Below, one piece after another: positions 1 through 15,012 of a stretch of DNA of 64,000 bases (positions are counted from its first letter, which is position 1; every line of letters starts with the position of its first letter). A program made the translations under genes and the position numbers. Under the pieces are notes generated by a model that did no database searches, was not told where the DNA came from, and saw only the letters and a program-made list of their open reading frames with translations. Source of the DNA: the human T2T-CHM13v2.0 reference genome, Homo sapiens; assembly GCF_009914755.1 (NCBI RefSeq), contig NC_060926.1. One strand, written 5' to 3'.

Positions 1-2725
1 AAAATTTACAACTATACAAAACCTGCACACCAGTGTTTACAGCAGTTTTATTCATAATCTCCCCAAACTGGAAGCAGCCAAAATGCATTCAATGGGTAAA
101 TTTTTAAACAAACTGTGATATATCCATAGAAGAACTATTATTCAGTGATAAAAATAAATGAAATCTCAATCCATGAAATGACAGGGGTGAATGTTAATTA
201 CATAGTGCTAAATGAGCAAAGCCAGTATGTAAAAGCTACAAACTCTGTAATTTCAATTACACTACATTCTGGAAGAGGCAAAACTATATACACATTAAAA
301 AGATCAGTGTTTGTCAAATATTCAAAGGGAGCAAGAGGGCCGAATAGTTGAAGCATAGGGAGTTTTCTAGGGTGGTGACATTATTCCGCATAGTACTTCA
401 ATGGTGAACACGTAACACCAAGCATTTGTCAAAAACACAGAACTTTTCAGAGCAAAGGGTGAAAATGTATGAAAAATCAAAATAAAGAATAATTTAGGAG
501 TTTGAGGCATCACATGACATAAAATCTTACTGTATTACAAATGTATACAGTTAGATTAATTAGCTTCACTGAAGAGAGTTGGGGGAAAAATTCACCCACC
601 TAAGTCACTTGGGAAGTAAGTAGAGTTACAAGAGTAAAGGCAAAATTTACTGTATGAAAGTACTACGCTCTAGTTTAAAATTGTTTCCCATGGGGGCATG
701 TGTTATATCTGATTCTGCTATCAATGGACACTGGCACTGAACAAACATGAACAAGAGTGGCAGATAGTGGAGCCAGGGTTTTCACTATTGGAATGGGAAG
801 TTATGGATAAGCAAAAGGAGGAGACCAGGATGATCCAAGTGATAGTGTATTAGAGTTGAATGCATCTGTATGAACTCACAGGTAACCAAATATAGATACA
901 GAGTTACATATGAAAATTTTTGTAGCTATGTCTACATACTATTGGGACTCAGAAGCAATATCCCAAAAGGAAGGCCTCAGAAGCAAAACTTTTTCTCTGA
1001 CCTAAGAAGGTCTTCCCTCCTGTTTCTCATTCTAATTCTCCCCCGGGGGCTAGTCACCAAAACTAGAATCCTTCTTCCTCAAGGCAGGTCATAGAAACTA
1101 GAATCCCTTTTCCCCAAAGCGGGTCATAGAAATCAGAACCAGACAGCCACAAAACCTAAAAATATTACTGTAACTTTTTCTCTGCCTTTCTATGTAAATA
1201 CCAGCCATAAAAATGACCTGACCTAACTTGTTTGACTATATGTCATAAGAACCCCATTCAAGAGATGGTCTTGTCCCATACCCAGAAGGAAGGAATGCTG
1301 TCTAGAGAAGCCAAGAAGAATCTAGGCAGACAGACCTTTCTAAGTTTCCCTACTGACTCTATTAGCATTAGATCATACCCTTTTTGCTCAATCATATTTC
1401 TGTATGGCTGTTCATACTTTATTGAACCTAAACATAAAAATGGACAATTTTCCCTATGCCTTTGGGTCTTTATTCTGAAGGCTTCTGTGTGTACACATTA
1501 AATAAATCTGGATGCCTTTTCTCCAATTAATATGTCTTGTATGAGTTGATTTTTTCAGCATCCCTTTAGAGCTAAGGGGAAGTTTCCCTTGGCCCCAACA
1601 ATACATGTTAGTATGCAGGCGCCATATTTCCTTATTCCTTCAGCTGAGAAGTCTAGAGGAAATGGAACTCTAGTATTAGTAAGCATACCTGACACCCAGA
1701 TCTTTGCTTCTAATAATGTTGTCCAATAAAAAAAAACAAGGTGTCCTTGAAGAAATAAATAAATCTACTACTAGGGGAGGAAATTAACAAGGAGAGCCTG
1801 GAACTTCTTAAAGTGCCAGATAGTAGTGGAATACTGAGAAAAAATAATTCACAACAATGAAAGGGACACGAGCCATTTGAAAGATCACTCTAATAATCAA
1901 AGGTAAAATTAGCGGTGCAAATAATAAAGTAGTGTTAGATAATGACTCAAATTATGAAATAAATATTTATGTGTTCATACTGATATAAATGAATGATTGA
2001 ATAAAGAATTAAATGTGGCAGAATAGACGAACCTCCTGAGCAAAAATATTTCAAATAATTTATGTAGATATTCTGTTCTATGAGGTAGTACATAAAACCC
2101 CACACCTCAATTGTTGGCTACAGCTTATTTCCAAAGAGTAAAGTATGGAAAATATGACCAAAAAAATAATTTTACAAGAAAGAAATCTGACAAATTCTAC
2201 CTTGGCCATTTGTTCAAGGTTAACATCAATAAGTAATAAGTCATGTTGATGGTTGATACAAGGTGATGAAAATTGCATTTAACCCCTATGATCTACCTCC
2301 TAAAAAGATGTAACCCCAGTCTCATCATGAGAAAAAATCAGAAAAATTCCAGTCAGGGACATCCTACGAAATAACTGACCAGGATTCCGCAGAACTCTCA
2401 ATGTCATCAAAAACAGGAAAAGCCTAAGAAACTGTCATAGCCAAGAGTACTGTAAATAGTTAGGACTACTAAAAATAATGTGGTATCCTGGATGGAAGCC
2501 TGAAATAGAGAAAGGACATTAGGTTTAAAAATAATGATAAAAAATAGAGTATGACCTTCAGCTAATAATAAGGTATCCATATTGGTTCATGTAGTAAGTG
2601 TACCACACTAATGTCACATGTTAATAGGAAAACATGTGTTACATACATAAAAAGGATCTTCACAGTTTTTCTATGAATCTAACACTTTTCTAAAATAAAA
2701 CGCTTTTTTTCTTTTAAAAAAAGAA
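1..2725 (+). mobile_element. Old L1 3' end/long 3'UTR (L1MC/L1MD-type), split by an LTR at 940-1600
   Basis: L1M 3'-end motifs (ccccaaactggaagcagccaaaatg, gtcatcaaaaacaggaaaagcctaagaaactgtca, tggtatcctggatgg). Ends in aataaaa and an A-rich tail near 2695-2725. Confidence 0.8.
940..1600 (+). mobile_element. ERV1 solo LTR (MER34/MER39-group-like)
   Basis: Termini TATTGGGACTCAGAA...GGCCCCAACA, AATAAA at ~1501, and a perfect 4-bp TSD ATAC (936-939 / 1601-1604). Confidence 0.85.
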
Positions 2726-2729
2726 AAGA

Positions 2730-4157
2730 CATGAAGGGTAGTTTAATAAATAATGCTGACAAAACTAGATATCCACATACAGAAGGATGGAGCTAGACCC
2801 CAATCTCTCACCATATATAACAATCAAATCAAATGGATTAAAGACTTAAGTGGAAGACCTCAAACTATGGAACTACTAAAAGAAAACATTGAAGGAACTC
2901 TCCAGGACATTGGTCTGGGCAAGGATTTCTGGAGTAATATCCCATAAGCACAGGCAACCAAAGAAAAATGAATAAATGGGATCCCATCAAGTAAAAAAGC
3001 TTCTGCACAGCAAAGGGAAACAATCAAGAAAGTAAAGAGACAATCCACAGAATGGGAGAAAATAGTTGCAAACTATCCATCTGGAAAGTTATTAATAACC
3101 AGAATATATAAAGAGCTCAAACAACTCAGTAGGAAAAAGCTTGAATAATCTGATTTTAAAAATGGACAAAAGCTTTGAATAGACATTTTTCAAAAGAAAA
3201 CATACAAATAGCAGCCAGCTATATAAAAAGATGCTCAACATCATTGATCATCGGAGGAAAGCAAATCAAAACTGCAAAGAGATATAATCTCACTCCAGTT
3301 AAAATTGCCTATATTCACATGACAGATAATAACAAATACTGACAAGGATGTGGAGGAAGGGGAATCCTTATACACTGTTGATCAGAATGCAAATTAGTAC
3401 AATCACTATGGAGAACAGTACGGAAGTTTCTCCAAAACCTAAAAATAGAGCTACCACATGATCCAGCAATCTTACTGCTGGGTATATACCCAAAAGAGAG
3501 GAAATCAGTATATCAAAGATATATCTGCACTCCCATGTTTATTGAAACACTATTCACAATAGCCAAGATTCAGAAGCAACCTAAGTGTCCATCAACAGAA
3601 AAAATGGATAAAGAAAACATGGTACAAATACACAATGGAGTACTATTCAGCCATAAAAAAGAATGAGATCCTGTCATTTGCAGCAACATGAAACTAGATG
3701 AAACTAGAGGATATTATGATAAATGAAATAAGCCAGGCACAGAAAGGCAAACTTCACATGTTATCACTTATTTGTGGGAACTAAAAAGTAAAACAATTGA
3801 ACTCATGGAGATACAGGTAGAACGATGGCTACAAGAGGCTAGAGAGGGTAGTGGTGTTGAGAGGCATGGGGGAAGTGGGGATGGTTAATGAGTATGAAAA
3901 CATACTTAGAATGAATAAGAGCTAATATTTGATAGCACAACAAGGTGTCTACAGTCAGCAACAATTTGTTGTTCATTTTAGAATAACTAAGAGAGTACAA
4001 ATGGAATGTCTGTAGCACAAAGAAATGATGTATGCTTGAGGTGATGGACATCTTGTTTTCCCTTACGGGATTATTACATATTGCATGCCTGTATCAAAAT
4101 ATCCTGTACCTCATAAATATATACACATACTATATACCCATAAAAATTAAAAATAAT
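2730..4157 (+). mobile_element. 5'-truncated L1MA (L1MA2-4-like): ORF2 C-terminus plus 3'UTR
   Basis: Degenerate ORF2 (KWIKDL...ELLKENIEGTLQDIGLGKDF) and an L1MA 3'UTR ending ataaaaattaaaaataa. Confidence 0.9.
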
Positions 4158-4883
4158 TCTTTTTCAAAACAGAAGATGCAGCAAAGTGCTTCAAAAAATA
4201 TTTTAAAAAACATGATTTCTACTTTGAAAAGGCAAGAATTTAGTAGAAAAAACTACTACATGTGTAATAACACAATAGAATCAACAGGTCTCAAGCCTGA
4301 AAAATAATATTCAGCTGCTCTTGTTTTTTTATTTTAATTAGCATATAGTGGAACTGACTGTTTTGGTATAAAATTCTATGAATTTTAACAGTTTCTAAAT
4401 TTGTGTTACTTCCACAATCAGAATACAGGACAGTCCTATCATTCTGGAAATGGCCCTTATGTTACCCCTCTGAACACCTTTTCTGGATCCCAGACAACTG
4501 GAAATCACGGTTTGGTTCTATATCACCATTGTCTATTTTGAGAATGTCATATAAATGGAATCATATAGTGTATAACCATTTGATACTGTCTTCTTTCATG
4601 TTCACTTTGAGTTTTATACAAGTTATGTGAATCAATACTTTCCTCTTTTTTATTGCTTAGTATTATTCCATTGCAGGGAACTACCACAGTTTTTTATCCA
4701 TTCATCTATAGAAAAAGATTTGTGTAGCTTCCAGTTTGGGGCAATAATACATAGAAATTCTATAAAAATTTATGCGTAAGTTTTTGTGTGAAAGTAAGTT
4801 TTCATGTGACTAGAGTAAATACTATGGAGTGAGATGGCTGACTCATGTGGTAAGTGAATCTTTAACTTCAAAAGAAACTGCCA

Positions 4884-5274
<391 letters not shown>

Positions 5275-5746
5275 TCACCAGCACTTGATGTTGTCTTTAC
5301 CTCTTATTTTATTATTTAATTTTTGCTAGGCTAAGTGATACAGTGATCATTATAGTGATACAGTGGTATTTCCTTGTGGTTTTAATTTTCATTTCCCTAT
5401 TTTGTAACAATGTTGAATATCTTTTCTTTCTTATTGTTCTAATTTTCCATCAGTATATCCCCTCTTGAATATAGTGTCAATTCAAGTCCTTTGATATTTT
5501 TTTAAATTAAGTTATTCCATTTCTTACTGAGTTTTGAGAGTTATTTATTTATCCATAACACAGGACTTTTGTTGGATATTTAGTTCTTTCAGTCTGTAGT
5601 TGTATTTTCATTATCTTAAAAGTATCTTTCAGAGAACATGTTTCAATTTTTATAAAGTCTAATTTTTCAAAGTTGTTTTTAAATGAAGTTTTTTTTTGTC
5701 ATGTCAAAATTTATGTACCTGATTGCTGGTTATGAAGATTCTCTCC

Positions 5747-8013
5747 TATATTTGTCCATTTTCACACTGCTGATGAGACTGAGCAATTTACAAAAGAAAG
5801 AGGTTTATTGGACTTACAGTTCCACATGGTTGGGGAGGCCTCACAATAATGGCAGAAGGCAAGAAGGAGCAAGTCACATCTTATGTAATGGCAGCAGGCA
5901 TTACAGGGCAGGGCAACTCCCATTTTAAAACCACCATGTCTTGTGAGACCTGTTCACTATCATGAGAGCAGCATGGGAAAGACCCACCCCCATGATTCAA
6001 TCTCCCACCGGGTCCTTCCCACAACACATGGGAATTATGGGAGCTAAAGATGAGATTTGGGTGGAGACACAGCCAAGCCGTATCTTTTTGCCCATGGCCC
6101 CTCCCAAATCTCATGTCCTCACATTTCAAAACCAATCATTCCTTCCCAACAGTCCCCCAAAGTCTCAACTCATTTTGGCATTAACTCAAAAGTCCACAGT
6201 CCAAAGTCTCATCTGAGACAAGACAAGTCCCTTCCACCTATGAGCCTATGAAATCCAAAGCAAATTGGTTACCTCCTAGATACAATGGGGATACAGGCAT
6301 TGGATAAATACAGCCATTCCAAATGGGATAAATTGGCCAAAACAAAGGGACTACTGGCCACATGCAAGTCCAAAATCCAGCAGGGCAGTCAATTCTTAAA
6401 GCTCCAGAATGATCTCCTTTGACTCCATGTCTCACATCCATGTCACACTGATGCAAGAGGTGGGTTCCCATAGTCTTGGGCAGCTCTGCCCCTGTGGCTT
6501 TGCAGGGCACAGCCTCCCTCCAGGCTGCCCTGATGGGGTGGTGTTGAGTGTCTGTGGCTTTTCCAGGTGCATGGTACAAGCTGTCCGTGGATCTATCATT
6601 CTGGGGTCTGGAGGACAGTGGCCTTCTTCTCATAGCTCCAATGGATGGTGCCCCAGAAGGGCTCCAACCCCATATTTCCCTTCTGCACTGCCCTAGCAGA
6701 GGTTCTCCATGAGGACCCTGCCCCTACAGCAAACTTCTGCCTGGGCATCCAGGCATTTCCATGCATCTTATGAAATCTAGGGGGAGGTTCCCAAACTTCA
6801 GTTCTTGACTCTATGTACTCTCAGGGTTAACATCATGTGGAAGCTGCCAAGGCTTGAGGCTTGCACCCTCTGAAGCCACGGCCCAAGCTCTATGTTTGCC
6901 CCTTTCAGCCAAGGCTGGAGCAGCTGGGACACAGGGCACTAAGTCCCTAGGCTGCACACAGCACAAGGCCACTGGGCCTGGCCCATGAAACCACTTTTTA
7001 CTCCTAGGACTCCTGGCCTTTGATGGGAGGAGCAGCTGTGAAGACCTCTGACATGCCCTAGAGACATTTTCCCTGGTGTCTTGGGGATTCATATTTGGCT
7101 CCTCATTACTTATGCAAATTGCTGCAGCTGGCTTGAGTTCCTCCCCAGGAAATGGGACTTTCTTTTCTATCACATTGTCAGACTGCAAATTTTCCAAACT
7201 TTTGTGCTCTGTTTGCCTTTTACAACTGAATGCCTTTAACAGCACCCAAGTCAACTCTTGAATGCTTTGCTGCTTAGAAATTTCTTCCTCCTGATACCCT
7301 AAATGATCTCTCTCAAGTTCAAAGTTCCACCAATCTCTAAGGCAGGGGCAAAATGCTGCCAGTCTCTTTATTAAAACATAACAAGAATCACCTTTGCTCC
7401 AGTTCCCAGCAAGTTCCTCATTTCCATCTGAGACCACCTCAGTCTGGACTTTTTTGTGCATATCACTATCAACATTTTGGGCAAAGCCATTCAACAAGTC
7501 TCCAGGAAGTTCCAAATTTTCCCACATTTTCCTGTCTTCTGAGCCCTCCAAACTGTTCCAACCTCTGCCCGTTACCCAGGTCCAAAGTCGCTTTCACATT
7601 TTCAGTATCTTTTTAGCAGCACCTCACTCAATTGCTACCAATTTACTGTATTTGCCCTTTTTCATGCTGGTGATAAAGACATACCTGAGACTGGCCAATT
7701 TACAAAAGAAAGATGTTTATTGGACTTATAGTTCCACATGGGTTGGGGAATCTTCACAATCATGGTGGAAAGCAAGGAGGAGCAAGTTTCATCCTACTTG
7801 GATGGCAGCAGGTGAAGAGAGAGCTTGCGCAGAGCAATTCCTGTTTTTAAAATCATCAGATCTAGTAAGACCTATTCACTGTCACAAGAACAGCATGGGG
7901 AATACCTACCCCCTTGGTTCAAACATCTCCCACCAGGTCCCTCCCAGAACAAGTGGGAATTATGGGAGCTACAAGATGAGATTTGGGTGGAGACACAGAG
8001 CCAAACCATATTA
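5747..8013 (-). mobile_element. THE1 (THE1A/B-like) MaLR provirus: 3' LTR 5747-6085, internal 6086-7646, 5' LTR 7647-8013
   Basis: Two direct ~350-bp LTRs (ggacttacagttccacatgg...gagatttgggtggagacacagccaa) flank a ~1.56 kb THE1-int sequence. Confidence 0.95.
6811..7527 (-). pseudogene. Remnant of the MaLR internal ORF (THE1-int), ~238 codons open from the first ATG
   Basis: The translation (...ELPGDLLNGF...GNEELAGNWSKGDSCY...EEISKQQSIQ...) is homologous to the MST-int ORF at 37442-37828. Confidence 0.8.
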
Positions 8014-8553
8014 TCTATGTTTTCTTTGAAAAGTCATAGTTTTTTTTTTGTTTTACAATTTTATCTATGATTCATTATAAGCTAATTTTTATGAAGTATG
8101 AGATTTAGGTTTTGGCTTATAATTTTTGCATGTGGATGCCTATTATTCCCACACCATTTGTAGAAAACATGTTGGAGAAATGTATCATGACATTACTTTG
8201 TTGCTGTCTGACTGTTCAGCCCTCTGATTACTCATTAGTATTCTTTCTCTCTCAGACACACACACACATGCACACACACTCACACAAATATAAGACAAAT
8301 GAAAATTTGGGCTGGTGATCATTCATGAACTGGAAAAACTGAAAAGTAGGTTTCAAGGACACAGAGGACCCCAGAATTTGAATTCCATAATGCCGAATCA
8401 TGGAACATTTAAACACATAATCTTTGCTTTACTTTCAAGTAACACTGAATGCAATGTTCGTATATTTCTACAGATAAATATTTGATCTACACACAACTGG
8501 TCAATCAATATATGACAAGACATGTAATACAATCTTGTTTGAGGTTTATTAGA

Positions 8554-8578
8554 ACACACACACACACACACACACACA
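8554..8578. repeat. (CA)n microsatellite
   Basis: Seen directly. Confidence 0.95.
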
Positions 8579-11537
8579 AATATCCTGAAAATTATTCTTG
8601 AAATACATCTGTGAATTGATACAGTATATTTCCATATGCTTATATAACTTTCTATTAGAAAGGTATTTTTTAAGGAGATGCAGGTGTCAAATGTTAGAAT
8701 TCTGTGTGGGAGCATTATGAAATAAACATGATGATGTGGCATGAGACGTTCTTTAAGCCTATGATGATTCCATGCTGCTGAAAACTGGGAGGTCATTATG
8801 CATGGTTTGGCAAAGGTATGGATATTGTGCATGAATGAACAAAGTAAAACCTGTTGGTTGAAAGTAGTCCAAGGAGACCAAGAATGGGGATCGTATTCTC
8901 CCTTTTGCTGTAATTTTAGAGCAAATTTGATTAGAGTTTATTGCTGACAACCTCAATACAACAGAAAGTTTTGATCTCACTATGGCTGGCATAACTGTTA
9001 GTATTTAAAACCTGGCCTCCTCCAGTGATTTCCTGAGTTTGTTTTGTTGTCATGCTTCAGGCTTCTGTGAAGGATCTGTATCTTGAAAATAAAGGGGATT
9101 AGGACATTGGTAGCATTTCATGTACAATCTTAACACATTAGAACAACCTAAATTTCAACATGGGTCTTTTGATGAACCTTGACAATATTGTGAATGCTCT
9201 AGAGTTTAGCCTTATTAGTAAAGACACAAGGAGTAGCTTCTATTTCATCTTCAGGTATTAAAATTGGAAGCTAAATACCATAGTATCAAAGAGATATGGC
9301 TACTTATCAAACAGTCATTTTATAATTATCTGAACTACGCATGTACATAGTTATACGTTTAGACTCTGGAGGCAATTTAGCTGACATATTTCTTTTTACA
9401 GGAAGTCATCTCTGGAAGTCTCTGTCCCAGGGGATCTTGGATCTTCCACAACACTTTAACCACGTGTTATAAGTGCACGTCTGCTTTTCTGTATCTTTTC
9501 CTTAATGGAAGACAAGGACTGAGGACAGAGATATTATGTCTTCTTTGCCTTTGTATTCAAAGCAGCTATTAAAGTATCTGCCTTGTGATGTCTATAATAA
9601 AAGATACTGTTAAATTAATTAATAGAAGTTTGGGTGAATGGATAGATAGAGTGACTTATTAATTAATATGTTTATCAATTAAGAAGGAATAGAGATTTTA
9701 TTTGTGGTACAGAGTAATAAGCTAACATACTTTTTTTCTACTTACATTTGAAGGAGATCTTGTGAATACATAAAAACTTTCATAGCTTGAATATCCTGGA
9801 TTTTCAAATCCTCTGCTTATTTCCAATTATACTCAATATTTTTAGAAAGACTCTTTCTGCTTGTTATTTAGGTTGACAATCCAAGCCTGGGTCTTTCCCT
9901 GTCAACTGTACTTCTTAAAATTTGCCACTACCTGATGTAGGACAGAAAACTTACGATAAATACTTATTTACTATGCCAATATGTGCAACATCTGTGAAGC
10001 TGTCAGATGTATTTACCTTCCAGGGAGCCTACCAGCTATTGATACAGTGTAGATTTTAAGTCAAGAGTAGAACAGCCTGTTTCATAGTCCTTCTTTCAGT
10101 TCAGAATGGAAATCAGTATTAAAGCTTCACTGCTATTTTTTCTCTGACCCTCGTTCTATCAGGGCTTTAGGCCATCTTGTCTATATCCACTCTCATATAT
10201 ACAAATATTTGGACCATAGTGTCAGAAAATTTTGATCTCTATGTCTATACTCACTACACTTTTATGTCTTTCCATTTTCTGTAAGTTTCCCTTAAGCTCC
10301 ATGGGGGTTTTTCTTCTTCTTTGGGACAAGAACTTTTCTTATTCATTCTTCTTTCCTGAATTATTATTTAGTGAGCCATCAATCCATTAAAATTTTGTTT
10401 TTATATATGGAAAACCCACCTTTCAATTTACTTTCTGGCAATGATGGATTAAAAAAACTGTACTTAAGCTCCCTCAATGCTGGAATGTGTGTGTGTGTGA
10501 TGGGGTATATATCCTAATCTATTTGCAGATATCAGGCAATAGGCAGTGCAGAACTGTGGTCCTTGAGAGAAGGAGGGAAATGAGGTAGCCTTACCATCAG
10601 CACTTCTTTTTGATAAAAGGCAATTTCCCAAATGAAATGTATGGTAGAATGGTAAGGATTAAGCATCGCTCAGCAGCTTAGCTGAATTAAAAAGATAGAT
10701 ATGAGAGTTTGGGGATGCTAAGTGGTTATAAATCAAAGGGGAAATTTTTAGAAAGAAAAAAAGCAGAAAAAAATTTATAAATAGATGTAGGTCCTGAGTT
10801 TTGAATGCTTGAGTCCTTGCTGAATACTAAACCTCACATGCAGAAAGTGAAACCCCACAAGCTTAAAGAAAGCAAACAGGGATATAAGCTGAACAATTCT
10901 CAGAGCTTACAAAAAGAAGGAAGAAATTTGAGCTCCAAACCCCAAGAGTCCAGAGACCTTGCTGATCCCTTGTGGTTTTTTAGTGGAGACTGCAGAAAAG
11001 CTACAGCTTAGTAGTAGGGCTAAACTATATATACAGAAAATGCTAGTCTAGACTCTCCTGAGACATAGCACATAAATGGGTCTCAAAGAGATCAAACTGA
11101 TAATCAGAAAACTTCATTTCCTGAAAAAACAAAGCTAGTCACTTTGTTTAAAGGATGTTAGAATCTCAGAACTCAACTATATAATACGCACAATGCTTAG
11201 CATGAAAGGAAAAATAAATAGACTTACTAAGAAGCAGAAAAATGTCTTAGGGGGAATGTCCAGGGGGAAAAAGTCAATAAAAAAAAGACCTTAATATAAC
11301 AGACATAGTGTAAATAGTAGAAAAGATTAACTGCATATACATGTATTTAAAGAAAAACATGAAAATGAGAGAAAGAAAAGATGTACAACAGGAACTATGA
11401 AGAGTTTCTACATGTGAAAAGTAAATGTTTGAAATAAAGATTCACTGGACAAAATCTGAAAATTACATCAGATTAGATACCATAGAAGATCAGATCCCTG
11501 ACTAAAAAGACCCAGCAATTTTATCTAATAACAATGG

Positions 11538-11538
<1 letters not shown>

Positions 11539-11576
<38 letters not shown>
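11539..11576. repeat. (AC)n microsatellite, ~19 units
   Basis: Perfect run, seen directly. Confidence 0.95.
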
Positions 11577-11578
<2 letters not shown>

Positions 11579-12216
11579 ATAAAATGAACAGAACCTCAGG
11601 AATCTGCCTAATAATAAACTAACATGTGCATAATAGAAATTCCAGAAGGGTGGAACATCAGAAAAAAAAATTATTTAAAGAAATAATAACCAACAGCTTT
11701 AAAATTTGATGAAAATTGCAAATTTATTAATTTAAGCAATCCAACAAATCATGAGCAGCATAACACAACAAAAATACATCAAGACACATCACAATCAAAT
11801 TGTTGAAAATTAATAATAAAGAAAAATATTAAAACAGCAATGGGTTATGTAAAGAAAGAGAAACAAAAGACATACAAAAGATTGCTATCAGAAATAATGA
11901 AAGTCAAAAGACAATGGAACAACATCTTTAAAATGCTGAAAAAAATTATAACAAAAAACAATTTTAAATCTAGAATTTGATACCTAGAAATGCTCTACAA
12001 ATATGAAGATTAAATAAAAAATTTTATAGACAAACAAATGTTGTAATAATTTATTGTGAGAATACCTACTCTCTGTGACATGCTAAAGAATATTCCTCTG
12101 ACGTGAGGAAAAGTAATACTAGATAGAAACTGGAACAATAGAAAGGAATGAAGGCTACTGAAAAAAAATATCAGTGGGTGAAGTTCATTTTTTCAAAATG
12201 TTCTTTTTCAAAAGTA

Positions 12217-12391
12217 CTTTGAGGTTTTGGGACTCTGACTGATCCACCCCTGGTTTCCTTGCTCCTGAGCTTGCAGATGGCTGATTGTGAGACTTTACCA
12301 TGTGATCCTGTGAGTCAATTCTCATTAATAAACTCCCTTTTTTATATGGATATATCCTATCAGTTCTGTCCCTCCAGAGAACCCTAATACA
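12217..12391 (+). mobile_element. 3' fragment of an MLT2A (ERV-L) LTR
   Basis: gcttgcagatggc...gtgagtcaattctcattaataaactccc...gttctgtccctccagagaaccctaataca is the MLT2A 3' terminus. Confidence 0.8.
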
Positions 12392-13345
12392 CCAAAAAAA
12401 TAAAAATTGTACTGTATAAACATAACAGATGTAGAAGAAAAATACATGACAATAATATCACAAGGTATGAAAAGAAAAATGGGCAAATACTCTTGTAAGA
12501 GTTTTAATATATGCATGAGGTGTTATATTGTGATAAGTTAAAGACACATAAACACTAGAGAAACCACTACAAAAATAAATATATAACTAATAAACAAATT
12601 CATAGCATGAAATGCTAAAACATACTCATTTTATAAAAAGAAAATCTTGATATTGAACTAGACAGAGACATTACAAGAAAATATACAGAGGACCATATTC
12701 TTTATACACAAAAATGAAAAATATTAAAAGTTTTATTTGCTAAAATTCTCTAAATTTGCTAATAAAATCCATTCATGTATGATTCCACTTATATATGAAA
12801 CAACATACCATGAGTAAATACAATGTACCTAGAAATGCAAGAATATATTAATATTTAAATATAAATTAATATGATTCATCAAATAAACAGAATGAAGGTA
12901 AAAATGATATGAAAACCTTACTAATGCAGAAAAAATCAAATATTCCCCATTTTTATGATAGAAACCTTAAGCAAACTAGAAATGTAGAAGAGTCCCTCCA
13001 TTTAATAAAAGTCATCTATAAAATTTTTAAAAAGAAAGAAAAATGAGAAAAACTTTTAGCTGGCATTATTGAACACTTTCTTAAGACATGCAGTAAGGCA
13101 GATACCCACTCTAATCACTTATATACAATTTAGTGTAGGTCCTAATCATTTCAGGTTGGCAAGAAAAATAGATGAATAGCATGTACTTTGGAAAATAAGA
13201 AACATTATTTGTTTTCAGGCTACATGAGCAGGTACACAGAAAATTGTAAGAAGTCTACAAAAATTTACTGAAGAATGAATCTAACAACTAATGGAGCTAG
13301 TAAGTGATTTTTTTTTTAAGTAGCAGGATAAAAGTTCAAAAAATA

Positions 13346-13632
<287 letters not shown>

Positions 13633-14872
13633 AAAAGTTCAAAAAATAATATTCCATTACATTTCTAAATGCTATCAACTGAAAATTGGGAATTAAATTG
13701 TTTATATCAAAATAACATTAACATTGGAAATATTTAATGATAAATTCCATCTTTGCAACAGACCTACACAATTGATACTATGTTTATCACTGGAATACAG
13801 AGAAGAAAACTGAAGCATAAAACAGGAAAGGATCATACAATTTCCCAAAACATTAGGGACTGTATTTGCTCAATGTCTAACAGATACATGGAGCAACCAG
13901 AAGTAAAATTAAGTGTAAACATAAATTATTAATTAAATACAACATTCAAAATAATCTTACTTATTTCTTTATTTTAAAACCTAGAATTCTACCAATTAAA
14001 ATAAAATAAATCATAAGCAACCTATGGCATATTTCACATGGTGTTATGGCTCAGTGTAGAATTTCCTTTGAACAAATAAATCACTACCAGTCTTAGATTA
14101 CTAACTTTAAATTTCTGAGGAATTTGTCTTCATTTAATTATTCTAGTTAGTAGATTTTACAAAAATATTGTGTGTGTGTGTGTCCATGCAAAACCCTAAA
14201 ATGTAGATATATTAAGTTCTATTATATTTATGATAATTTCACATCTTAAGTTTTTTTGATGTTATAAATTCATCTTAATATACCCTTATAAATAAGATAC
14301 ATTTTCTTTTGTACTTAACACAAAGCAAGGCAATTAACATGTTCTAAATTTGATGGTTGTTAAATTTTAGCCCCCAACATGATGTATCAGGAGATAAGCA
14401 ATATATTTTGCAGAAGTTTCACATATTAAATTGTGCAGGTGTAATATAAGATTGCTGATAATGTAAAACCGCACCTGATAAATAACAAAATTAAGTCATT
14501 ATTAGTTGGTACACTTGATTTGAGATAGAAAATGTGTTAATGGCTGTTAAATGAGGTATAGTGTAGAAAGATTTATATTATGAAAGGCATTTAAATGATG
14601 TTGGGGATTAATATTACAACTAACATAATCATGGGCCTTTGATTTGTAATGTTGTTATTTTCTAAGGTACCCTTATACAGCAGCAGAACTAATTTCCAAA
14701 GGAATTTTTCTTTGTGGGTGAAAAAAGATAACTTGTTAGTATACAAACAATAGAGGACATTCAAATCTAATAAGAACTCTCATCTTCTAAGCAAAAATCT
14801 ATCACTAAGTATCAGTATGTACTAACAGTAGATAAATCAATTCACACATTGAGATAATTATACTCTGGATAT

Positions 14873-14980
14873 TCGGGAGGCTGAGGCAGGAGAATGGCGT
14901 GAACCCAGGAGGCGGAGCTTGCAGTGAGCTGAGATCGCGCCACTGCACTCCATTCTGGGCGACAGAACGAGACTGTCTCC

Positions 14981-15009
<29 letters not shown>
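14873..15009 (+). mobile_element. 5'-truncated AluY (right arm only) with a ~A29 tail
   Basis: tcgggaggctgaggcaggagaatggcgtgaaccc...ggagcttgcagtgagctgagatcgcgcc. CpGs retained and the A tail is long and pure. Confidence 0.95.

Positions 15010-15012
<3 letters not shown>

Noticed and set aside
7394-8029. 211-aa plus-strand ORF
   Set aside because: It is an antisense reading of THE1-int/LTR and shows no protein-like features.
8398-8832. 144-aa minus-strand ORF
   Set aside because: It runs through a (TG)n repeat, has no domain signature and has AT-rich non-coding composition.
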